From the NCBI GenBank assembly GCA_016699045.1, contig CP064957.1, forward strand, positions 799,613 through 863,612: DNA of 64,000 nt. The letters are read 5' to 3'. Both the position numbers and the translations under genes were made by a program. This DNA is from a bacterium (GTDB lineage Bacteria; Babelota; Babeliae; Babelales; RVW-14). The notes below the pieces were generated by a model. It had not been told where the DNA came from and did not search any database. It saw nothing but the letters and a program-made list of their open reading frames with translations. Below, one piece after another: positions 18,229 to 26,715 of this stretch; the first letter of the stretch is position 1, and each line of letters starts with the position of its first letter.

Positions 18229-18625
18229 GGGGGCGTAACGGTCTCGACGTGGTATTTTGTGCTTTGAGAGCATGCCGAGTTTTGTATGGGGGCTCGTTAA
18301 AAAACATTCAAAAAACAATAAATGCAAACGATATGTTTGTTACTAATAATACAGCAAGCTATTATAATGGCGCTGCTGTATGTGCCTAATTCGTTAGGGT
18401 TAGTCTAGAGGATTGAGCGTGTCTATCAGTAAGATCCACTTGTATTAAAAAGATAGAACCTTTGCGTAAGATTTTTTAGTTGGGTAGCGCAATTGTATCA
18501 CTAAACTGGCTTTTACATTTAACTATGCCCCAGAGGAGATGTAAGAGTACAATCAGGGGAGAAGCATGTGGTGCTTAAAGTTCCGAGTGTTGCGGACATG
18601 GGTTCGACTCCCATCGCCTCCACCA
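18229..18625 (+). ncRNA. ssrA: tmRNA (transfer-messenger RNA)
   Basis: 5' GGGGGCGUAACGGUCUCGACG pairs with 3' ...GGACAUGGGUUCGACUCCCAUCGCCUCCACCA, giving an acceptor stem with a G3:U pair, a T-arm and CCA. A conserved GCAUGCCGAG box is present. The tag ORF runs GCA AAC GAT ... TAA (18324-18389). Confidence 0.92.
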
Positions 18626-18867
18626 TACTTCGCCAAGGCTTCGTATGGCAAGCCATTTTCTTTAACGGATTGATAATTATAAAAGATTATGTCTCGTTAG
18701 AGCAATGCGAAGTATGCCCTTCGAAGCTAATTGCGTAGCAATGCGAAGTAGGGCCCCGCTTTTCATTTCCGCAGGAAATGCCTGGCAAGCCATTTTCTTA
18801 GATGATTAATCAATATAAAGTATGCCCTTCAAAGCTCTGATAAGAGCGAAGTAGGGCTCCACTTTTT
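18626..18867. repeat. repeat-rich non-coding spacer downstream of ssrA
   Basis: The 17-nt exact repeat TGGCAAGCCATTTTCTT occurs at 18646 and 18783. AAGTATGCCCTTC occurs at 18710 and 18818. GCGAAGTAGGGC occurs at 18743 and 18846. GCAATGCGAAGTA occurs at 18702 and 18738. The inverse copy CATACTTCGC abuts the tmRNA 3' end. Confidence 0.7.
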
Positions 18868-19530
18868 CTAACTAATTTTCTTTTCCCAAATCGAGAGTGT
18901 GTTGTCTGTTTCCATGCCAGTATCAACTTGTGTCCACGCCAGTGCTATTTTCATATCAGGCGCCAATCCATAACCAAAGTATCGACACATAGCATCCAGT
19001 GGTTGATAACCTTCTGGTCTGAGAGGATGATCTTCTGGTCGGTCTACCATCATAAAAATGGTTGAGCGAAATCCTTTTGCACGAGCATCGTCTTCTACAA
19101 TTTTTAAGCTTTCATAAAAACGTTTTACAATGCCTTTTTTACGATATTCCGGATACAGCATAACTTCGCCGATGTATAAATAATCATCGAGATTGAGACC
19201 TTTTTTGATGAATGGTGCTTTTATTTCCTCAAGTTCTTCTACGAGTGGGATTGCATTTGCAAAACCTACAACTTTGTCATTATCAAATACCAGCAAAATA
19301 ATAGCGTTTGGCGATTTAAAATAAGTTTCTAAATACTCGACTTCATACTCAACCGTGCCTTGGTACAGATACGGAAATTCTTTAAAAAGAAAGCGAATGT
19401 TAATAATGTCGCTGGAATATTGTCGAGCTTCAGGTCCTGAAAATGTTCGAATTTCGAGTGCTGCACTAAAAACATTTTCTGAGATAATTAATTGCGCAAG
19501 TAAAGCAAAAGAGAGTAGTAATTTCTTCAC
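18868..19530 (-). CDS. GNAT-family N-acetyltransferase with signal peptide
   Basis: The acetyl-CoA motif A region is YPEYRKKGIVKRFYE. N-terminus MKKLLLSFALLAQLIIS. GTG start 12 nt after the stop of the upstream USP gene. Confidence 0.65.
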   Translation of the reverse strand: MKKLLLSFALLAQLIISENVFSAALEIRTFSGPEARQYSSDIINIRFLFKEFPYLYQGTVEYEVEYLETYFKSPNAIILLVFDNDKVVGFANAIPLVEELEEIKAPFIKKGLNLDDYLYIGEVMLYPEYRKKGIVKRFYESLKIVEDDARAKGFRSTIFMMVDRPEDHPLRPEGYQPLDAMCRYFGYGLAPDMKIALAWTQVDTGMETDNTLSIWEKKIS

Positions 19531-19542
19531 AATATTTCTTTC

Positions 19543-20922
19543 CTATTTTAACGAACTTAACTTTGTTGCCAGCTCGGCCAATTTAAATTTGAGGGCTTGA
19601 AGGGCAGTTGTCAAATTTTCCATTTGTTGGTTTGGGCTTTCTGTTTTTTGATAAAAAAGAAGGTAGGGTGTGAATATTCCTGTAGCTTTTTTTTCAAGAT
19701 TTCCATCGTGGGGATATATGCCTGCCGAAAGAACCTTATTGATTTCATTTGATTCAAATTTTGTTGTTGTTTCATCATCGCAATACCACCAGTGATTATC
19801 TGCTTGGTTATAAACAAAAGCCGTATAATGTCCACCACCAAAAGGCCCTTGATGCAAAACAAAGCTGATAAGTTTGTAGTATACAGGCTCTGTTATTTGA
19901 TTTGAAAAATAGTTACTTTTAAGAATGAGATAATTGTTAAGAGGTACAGGATTGTAGATTTTTGTCGTGATATCTTGAATCATATCGTAGGCAAAGCGAT
20001 TCAATTGAACGATAAGAATTTCTGGCATTGGGTTGTTTGCGTCAAGTAAAATACCCTTGGTTGCATCTACTTTTGCGTTGCATGCTTGGCAGAACCACTG
20101 ATTATCGCCCGTCATATTTTCTTGTTGAAAATAGTAATCAAGTAAGAATTCCATTGGCATAGTAGTTGAAGATTTTTCAGGTAGTGGTTGAGAAAAATTG
20201 AGTATTAGTTTACGACCTTGCTCTGTTTTTTCTGTTTTATGTGATTTATTGGCTTGAGTAATGTTTTTGTGTTGAATAGTATCTTTAGTTTCAAAACTTA
20301 ACATTTTTTTAACAGAGTTGTTTTTTTTATCAACCGTGATTAGTGAGTCGATAAGCGGCATAAGAAACTCATCGCTATCTTGTTGATTTTCAAAAAAAGG
20401 TATGAGATTGTTATAAGTATGAAGATTTGTGTACAGATTTTTTTGATCTTTTGTAAGCTTTGTTGTGCCTGGAGCAAGTTGGATTGGTGGTATCTCTTTG
20501 AGTTCGTAGGCTTCACCTCGCAATCCTTGGATTATGGATGGCACTTGTAGTACTTCATTAAGAATGTTGGATTGCATTGCTCGGCACGTAATAAAGTCGC
20601 GAAACGTCTTGGCATCATCGGTAGTTAAAGCCTTTGGACTAGTAGTTATTAGCTTTTCTAAAAAATCTACATATTTTCCTGCTACCGTGTTTTCATTGCC
20701 CACCAAGGCATCTTTAAATGGTTGAGAAAAAAGATGTTGTGTTAGCGGCCGTATGTAGTACAAGGCTTGCATGGCAGCATTCATAAAACATGAGTTTCCC
20801 ATATAGTTATTAATACCAACCGGTGGTGATTTATAAAGCCTGTCCAACGTGGTTTTTGTTGTGCCAAACATTTGCGAAATAGTCACAACGTTGAGCATTA
20901 AGCCCAACAAAATCTTTTTCAT
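19543..20922 (-). CDS. ubiquitin-specific protease (peptidase C19/USP) family, eukaryote-like, with signal peptide
   Basis: Cys box GINNYMGNSCFMNAAMQALYY. His box VLHQGPFGGGHYTAFVY...WWYCDDETT. GGAG RBS. N-terminal hydrophobic signal sequence. Confidence 0.85.
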   Translation of the reverse strand: MKKILLGLMLNVVTISQMFGTTKTTLDRLYKSPPVGINNYMGNSCFMNAAMQALYYIRPLTQHLFSQPFKDALVGNENTVAGKYVDFLEKLITTSPKALTTDDAKTFRDFITCRAMQSNILNEVLQVPSIIQGLRGEAYELKEIPPIQLAPGTTKLTKDQKNLYTNLHTYNNLIPFFENQQDSDEFLMPLIDSLITVDKKNNSVKKMLSFETKDTIQHKNITQANKSHKTEKTEQGRKLILNFSQPLPEKSSTTMPMEFLLDYYFQQENMTGDNQWFCQACNAKVDATKGILLDANNPMPEILIVQLNRFAYDMIQDITTKIYNPVPLNNYLILKSNYFSNQITEPVYYKLISFVLHQGPFGGGHYTAFVYNQADNHWWYCDDETTTKFESNEINKVLSAGIYPHDGNLEKKATGIFTPYLLFYQKTESPNQQMENLTTALQALKFKLAELATKLSSLK

Positions 20923-20951
20923 AATTACTCCGATTTTTAAAAATTATTCCT

Positions 20952-23900
20952 TTATTGAGAATCAAATTTAAATTGAATAGGGCTTTGTGAAGAAGATGAT
21001 GGTGATTGATCAAAGTTATGAAATTTCTTTTCTTCCATATGCAAAACGCGTTGTGGAAATGCAAAGTGGATGCCCTTTTCTTTAAACGCTTTAAAAATAT
21101 CCTCGCGAATGGTGCTAGCAATGGTCCATTGTTCTTTAACGCGGCGCGTGCTGATAAATGCACGAGCTAGGAAAAATAAAGCGCTTTCTTCGAAATCTTC
21201 TAAGCGTACAATTAATCGTGGCACGCGCAAAATGGTCGGGTTGCTTTGAATAACTTCGGTAATAATATTTTTGGTCAAGTCGGGATCTGATTTATAGTCA
21301 ACGCGGATTCTGATATCAAAGCCGGTAGCAAAACGTCCCTTGCTCCAATTATCTATTTTTTTGGCGATTAAATCTTTATTCGGGATGATCATTGAGTGAT
21401 TGTAAATATTGACGATGGTTGTCGTGCGCGCATCAATTTTATGGACGGTGCCTCGTGCTCTTTCGTTGTCTTCAACCATGATAAAATTGCCAATTTCAAT
21501 CGGTCGCTCGATCAGCACCAAAAAGCCGGCGATATAGTCAGCTGCTAAATCTTTCACGGCAAAACCGGCAGCAACAGATAGCAACGTACCAACGTACCAA
21601 AACATATTTTCAAGATGGATGAACATAAAGCCAAGAACAGATGCTGATAAAATGATGGCATAATGCAAGATGCGTGAGTACGTATTTTGTGCGCCGGGTT
21701 CGGTACGCAAAATGTCGAATAATTTATTGAGTACAAATTTGTGTAGTAGCGATGAAGCGATAAAGCCGCCAACAATAAATAAAATAAGCGAAACAAGTTG
21801 GACCAAGCCAAGCTTGTGTTCAGGGCCGATTGGGATAACAAGTTCGGTAGAAAAGAGGCGCCATAAATCTGCTGGTGTGTAGGCAAAACCCCAAATGCGT
21901 GCTACTAAAATGAAGGTAACGATCATGAGTGTAAAGAAGCTGAAAATTACGACAAAGCCATAGTAAGTTTTAGCATGCTCAAATTTGTCGATAATTTCTT
22001 CTTCTTCTTCTTTCATAAACAAAAAGACAGAATATTTACGAATGTAGTAATGCACAATAAATAACGCAGAAATGAGTAGTGCGGTTGATGGCACCACAAA
22101 TGCTAAGAACCACGCTAAGTTTGAGTAGCCGATGTATGGATTGGACAAAATAAGCAAGCTCATAATGAAGAAAAATACGGGATAGTAGTGTGCGTCAATT
22201 TGTTGTTTGATCCACACTAAAAAAGTATAACGTTCTGGAATAAGGCGTAACACATCTTCTTTGCTAAAAAAAAGCAGAACAGTAATTACCAAAACGAGCG
22301 AATAGGCGCCAATCAAAACCGCTGGGAAGATGGTTGGTTGGTCAGGATAGTAGCTTAAAAACGCGCGTCTGAGAGGGAGTAATGTAGCGGTTGAGTAGCA
22401 TACGAAGGTAATCAGGAGCAAGAAGCGATCTTGTAATTTTTCGGCAAAGAAAAAGAAACTTAAGCGGCGATTGAGTTCTTTTAAACTGACGAGCAATTCG
22501 CGCGATAAATAAACAAAAATAGGAATCGTGAGTAAGTAAAACATTGAGACATAATACGGCTTTGCAAAAAAACTGATGGTCGAAAAAATGAATTTGAAAT
22601 CAAAAATAATATGCGCATAAATAAAGACCCAGCCAAGCATAATGCCCAGATGCTCCAAGCTAAATTTAAGCAATGAAATGATAATGTTGAGCGATAAGAA
22701 GCCGATATTTTTACGGTCGCCTGTGAGGCGCAGCGTTGCGCGCTTAAGCATAAATTGTAAAATAATTTTGAGGCACGCATAAATAAACAGGAAGAAAAAC
22801 AAGAAGAAAAAGAGCGCCAAAATGTCATAAAAATTTATTGTTTTTATGGCAGCAAGTAAGATTGATGGGCCAAGATATTGTGGCGTGTCCCAGAAAAATT
22901 CTTTAAAAAAATTTTCGGCTTCCAATAACGAACGCTTGAAGTCTTCAAATGAAATGGCTTTTGGCGAAACCTTCCATAAGCCTTCGTAATTCTTTCTTCG
23001 TTCAATCATTTCAATAATGAGCTCGTACTGACTGTTAATTTCTTCTTGTTTGTTAATCAATGCAGAAATAACAACCAAATATTCGTTACTTAAATCAACT
23101 TGTTGTTTGAGTAGTTGTTTGATGACGGTTAAGCGCTTGATGATTGTTTGGAGCGCTGGAGCCTGATCTTTAAATACCGTATCTTTTTTTTCAAGAAGTT
23201 TATTTTTTTCAAGTTTCAAATCTTCTTTTTTGCGTCCGACATCGAGTTGTTTGATGCTAATTTTTTCGCGCTCTTTTTTGTATTCTTCCAAGGTTTGGGT
23301 GGAAACATGTTTGAGATTTAAATATTTGTTTAAAAACTCATCAAGATCAAGTTTTTGTGTTGAAATTTTATAGCGAATATCAACGAGTTGGTATTGAAGA
23401 TCTTTGAGTTGTGTTGCTTGTGCTGCTACTAGTTTTTTACTTTCTAAAAGCTTTATGTCTTTTTCTAAAACTGCATATAAAGCGTGTAGGCGGCTAGATT
23501 CGCTTTCATTGAGGTAGTAGTTTACGGTATCTTTTTTGTCATCTGGGAACGTATTAATTTTGCGGCGAAAGGCATCTTGTTGAATACTAACGCGCCCTTT
23601 TTCAGCTTCCTTAGGTTTAATTTTTTTGTCGATTTCATCGCGTTCTTTACGTTCTTTTTGTTGGGCTTCATCAAGTTCTTTTTTTGCAAAATCAACATCG
23701 CTGAGCGTGAGGACCAGTAAATCTTCGATAAGTGCTAGGGTTTCTTTTTGTCTGATGTGCTGATTTTTAAGAAGGTCTACTTCATTTTCTTTGAGGCGAG
23801 CTTCTTGTTCAAGTAACTTTATTTTGTGATCGCTCAGATCAATTTTTTGTTCGAGTAGATTGTTTTCTTGGTTGTAAAGATCTTCAGTGTCTTGAATAGG

Positions 23901-24572
23901 GATGGCTAGCATTTCTTTTTTATCGCCACTTTTTGCTTCATTAACAACTTTGTCGCGTTCTTTAAGATTGATTTCAACTTGTTTTTTGAGTGAATTGATA
24001 AGCTCACGTTCTTTGTTTTTAAGCTTGTTTAAATCGTCTTTCTTTTTTTCTTCTTCGGTTATTTCTTGCAGAGTATCTGTTGCTTGTTTTTGTGCAGTTC
24101 TTAGCTCTTGCCAGGAATAAACCGTCTTAAGACCCTGTGCGCGTGGTGCTTGTAAAAAGTCGATCGTTTTTTCTAGTACTTGTATATTTTTTTCATAGGT
24201 TTCTTCAATGTTTTTTATAGTGTTTTGAATAAGTATGAGGTGTTGCTTTTGGTTGGTTAAAAGATCATTTTTTTTATTGAAGTAATGAAGTATTTCTGGT
24301 GACTTTGGTGCTGCTTTTTGTTTTTCAAGTTCTGCGGCATCTTTGGCAATAGCTTCTAGGGTGGCGGTTATTTTTTTGTTTTTTTCGATATGGTTTTTTT
24401 GAAATTCTTCAAATTCTGTTGTGACTTTTTTGTGTTGCTTTTTTTTAGCATCTTTGGCAGTTAAAAAAGGAAGCCGCGCTGGTTGTTGCGGAAGAAAAAA
24501 CTCTATAGCTGGCTGGAGTATTGCAGATGGAAAAATCAAAAAAATAGAAAGAATAATAATTTTTGCGCGCAT
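20952..24572 (-). CDS. MscK/KefA-like mechanosensitive channel (MscS family) with long coiled-coil periplasmic domain
   Basis: 1206 aa: signal peptide, about 550 aa of Lys/Glu-rich coiled coil, about 11 TM helices, and the MscS core AADYIAGFLVLIERPIEIGNFI...GTVHKIDARTTTI. Confidence 0.8.
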   Translation of the reverse strand: MRAKIIILSIFLIFPSAILQPAIEFFLPQQPARLPFLTAKDAKKKQHKKVTTEFEEFQKNHIEKNKKITATLEAIAKDAAELEKQKAAPKSPEILHYFNKKNDLLTNQKQHLILIQNTIKNIEETYEKNIQVLEKTIDFLQAPRAQGLKTVYSWQELRTAQKQATDTLQEITEEEKKKDDLNKLKNKERELINSLKKQVEINLKERDKVVNEAKSGDKKEMLAIPIQDTEDLYNQENNLLEQKIDLSDHKIKLLEQEARLKENEVDLLKNQHIRQKETLALIEDLLVLTLSDVDFAKKELDEAQQKERKERDEIDKKIKPKEAEKGRVSIQQDAFRRKINTFPDDKKDTVNYYLNESESSRLHALYAVLEKDIKLLESKKLVAAQATQLKDLQYQLVDIRYKISTQKLDLDEFLNKYLNLKHVSTQTLEEYKKEREKISIKQLDVGRKKEDLKLEKNKLLEKKDTVFKDQAPALQTIIKRLTVIKQLLKQQVDLSNEYLVVISALINKQEEINSQYELIIEMIERRKNYEGLWKVSPKAISFEDFKRSLLEAENFFKEFFWDTPQYLGPSILLAAIKTINFYDILALFFFLFFFLFIYACLKIILQFMLKRATLRLTGDRKNIGFLSLNIIISLLKFSLEHLGIMLGWVFIYAHIIFDFKFIFSTISFFAKPYYVSMFYLLTIPIFVYLSRELLVSLKELNRRLSFFFFAEKLQDRFLLLITFVCYSTATLLPLRRAFLSYYPDQPTIFPAVLIGAYSLVLVITVLLFFSKEDVLRLIPERYTFLVWIKQQIDAHYYPVFFFIMSLLILSNPYIGYSNLAWFLAFVVPSTALLISALFIVHYYIRKYSVFLFMKEEEEEIIDKFEHAKTYYGFVVIFSFFTLMIVTFILVARIWGFAYTPADLWRLFSTELVIPIGPEHKLGLVQLVSLILFIVGGFIASSLLHKFVLNKLFDILRTEPGAQNTYSRILHYAIILSASVLGFMFIHLENMFWYVGTLLSVAAGFAVKDLAADYIAGFLVLIERPIEIGNFIMVEDNERARGTVHKIDARTTTIVNIYNHSMIIPNKDLIAKKIDNWSKGRFATGFDIRIRVDYKSDPDLTKNIITEVIQSNPTILRVPRLIVRLEDFEESALFFLARAFISTRRVKEQWTIASTIREDIFKAFKEKGIHFAFPQRVLHMEEKKFHNFDQSPSSSSQSPIQFKFDSQ

Positions 24573-24591
24573 GGGCTTCCTTTTTTTAGTT

Positions 24592-25227
24592 CTAATACAT
24601 AAATTTTACTGTTTTAAATAAATTAAAACATGGGTGTTGGCGAAGATAATTTTTTATGCTTGTTGTTATGTTACCTAGATCATGAGAATCAAACAATGCT
24701 AAATTTTTTTTCAATGATTGTCTTGATTCATGCGCGAGAAGGGCTGGTAAGGAATTGATTGTTTGCAGGAGGGGCGTGTTGTGTAGTAATTTCTCGTCAG
24801 TGTTGCCAGTTGTATGTAGCAAGTGCAAGATACAGAGCATTTGTAGTATTGATAATGAGTTCTCAAAATGCTCTTTATAATCAAGAATCGTGAGATACTG
24901 TGCTACGTGTCCAAAGTTATTTTCAGCTGGGTTTTGGAGGGGGATAATGTAATAGCACAGTTCCAACAAATGATGAACCCACGTGATGTCTTCGTTGGAA
25001 GTAATTGATGGCATAGCGATAATTGTTACGGTGTCGGCCCTGTAATTATGTTCTGTGTGAGTGGCGGTGAGTGAAATGAGCATGCCGGGCCACAAAGTTT
25101 CACATGTTTTTTGATTCTTAATAAAAATACTTATTTTGCCAAGTGAGGCTGTTAGTAATGATATTTTTGACTGGGAGGGTAAGAACTTTTTAATTACAAA
25201 GCCAGCGATGGCTGTCTCTTTGGGCAT
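24592..25227 (-). CDS. hypothetical protein, possibly RecO-like
   Basis: The N-terminal pattern GFVIKKFLPSQSKISLLTASLGKISIFIKNQK resembles the RecO OB-fold start, and the size is right. Similarity is weak and judged by eye only. Confidence 0.3.
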   Translation of the reverse strand: MPKETAIAGFVIKKFLPSQSKISLLTASLGKISIFIKNQKTCETLWPGMLISLTATHTEHNYRADTVTIIAMPSITSNEDITWVHHLLELCYYIIPLQNPAENNFGHVAQYLTILDYKEHFENSLSILQMLCILHLLHTTGNTDEKLLHNTPLLQTINSLPALLAHESRQSLKKNLALFDSHDLGNITTSIKNYLRQHPCFNLFKTVKFMY

Positions 25228-25496
25228 TGGTTTTCCTTGGGGTGTTTTCTTTTTTTACTCTTCTCATACTATACCCGCAATCGTATAAAATTGAGCCCTT
25301 ATTATGCAATATTTGAGTGATTTTTTTATGGAGAGGTGCCAAATGCTTTTTTTGAGCACAATCTGGCACGTAAAAAAAGCCCAAGGCAACGCCCTTTTTT
25401 GCTTGTAAATTCTTAATCCTTGACTAAATTATTTACTATTTGGCTATAATTTATATAGATAGGCTTATAATAGTTAAAATTTGCAAGGGGTTATTC

Positions 25497-26668
25497 ATGC
25501 TACATGGATTAATATTGTTCGTCATAAGCTTGAGCATAATGTTGGCTCCCAATTCGGTACGTAGCTTTTGTATTGATAAGCAGCAGATGATACAGCGTTT
25601 TGAGCATGTGCCGGGGTCTGATGAAAATGAGCAGGTCATTAAGAAGTCTTTTGCGTTGGCCAATGATCCACTGAATGGACGCATGACTGTTTTAACCGAT
25701 CCATTGTCGTTGCAAAAAGCGGCACAAGATACTCTGCGTTATATGAAAAAATATGCCAAAACTCATGCCAAATTGTTTGGCTCCCCTGCTTTTGCCAACT
25801 ATGTAATTTCTTCTCAAAAGGCTCAAGAAACGCTGGATTATCTGGTGCGGATTATCGAAGAAGACAGAAAGACGGGTTTTTTAGAGTTTGTAATTCTGCC
25901 TTTTTAAACAAAAATTTTTCTTTTCATCGTTGGACTCCTGATATTCAAGGTGCGCAGAAAGATGGGGATTATTTTATGATGTCGAGTAAAAAGAATTTTA
26001 CGCATGAGAATATTGGCAAGATTAGGTTGACTCATTACGCTATTTATAATTTTGCCGGTAGCTATGTAAAAACAAAAAAAAATACTCATGCTTTGTATGC
26101 GTTAACCAGTAGTGTAGATATTCCGCCCTGTACAAAGCATGAAATTTTTGCAGGAGCGCTAGAAACCGAACAGTATAAAAATATGGTGAGGTCGCTTGTG
26201 TGACTGCAAAAAAAAGCTATCGGGGAGGCTTTGATGCAAGGAACAATAGTAGCTACCATGCCTGATGGCCGAAGCCGTGTTTTTATGATTCATCAAAATA
26301 ATAAAATACATTACCAAAAGAAGCTTAAAAGAAGTGGCAAAAACAAAACATATTGGTATTTTCGTGAGACGAGCGCACAAGCGGCACCTTTATATATAGA
26401 TAAATTTAATTATCGTGCCAATGTAGTTTTTGCTGGGGATGTTAAAACTATTGGTTTGGGCAAGCTGATTGCCATTAATTATACTAATGCAGTGACGGGC
26501 AAAAACGAAGTTCGCTTGGGTGTTTTGGCTGATACGGGTGGTGCATTTGCCGACAATCTTTACCAGCTCGATCTTTTTGCGGGGATGTACAGCAGTAAAA
26601 CAGCGCTTTATTTTCACATGAAGCAGATGCCTGATGTGACTGAAGCATATATTGTTTCGAAAAAATAA
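25497..26668 (+). pseudogene. mltA: membrane-bound lytic murein transglycosylase A (MltA-like), disrupted by one frameshift and one in-frame TGA
   Basis: Three collinear ORFs (25440-25907, 25976-26203, 26231-26668) together give MltA-like sequence (IRLTHYAIYNFAGSY, HEIFAGALE) and a 3D domain (GVLADTGGAFADNLYQLDLFAG). The frame changes near 25877-25907 and there is a TGA at 26201. Confidence 0.7.
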
Positions 26669-26682
26669 AACTTTGATCACAT

Positions 26683-26713
26683 AAAAAAGGCCCCGAACTT
26701 CGGGGCCTTTTTT
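26683..26713. terminator. bidirectional rho-independent terminator
   Basis: AAAAAA-GGCCCCG-AACTT-CGGGGCC-TTTTTT, located between the convergent mltA and bamA. Confidence 0.85.
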
Positions 26714-26715
26714 AA

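Noticed and set aside
18080-18327. Two ORFs of 68-75 aa on the minus strand (18080-18307 and 18121-18327).
   Set aside because: They lie antisense across the phosphatase 3' end, the ssrA promoter and the tmRNA 5' domain. The tmRNA explains this sequence.
18626-18867. The repeats after ssrA could be a CRISPR array or an intact integrated island boundary.
   Set aside because: There are only two or three diverged copies with irregular spacing and no cas genes. There is no integrase and no duplicated ssrA 3' end within the window. The region is kept only as a repeat block of unknown meaning.
25421-25451. TTGACT ... TATAAT upstream of mltA could be a strong promoter.
   Set aside because: The spacer is 19 nt, longer than the optimal 17 +/- 1, and the gene is disrupted. 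This is too uncertain to list as a feature.
26201-26203. An in-frame TGA in mltA could mean that UGA is reassigned (genetic code 4 or 25).
   Set aside because: Several well-conserved genes end naturally at TGA (gpmI at 37390-37392, the 41657 ORF, the coiled-coil gene at 33384-33386). Reading through them would add non-homologous tails. TGG is also used normally for Trp, so the standard code 11 applies.
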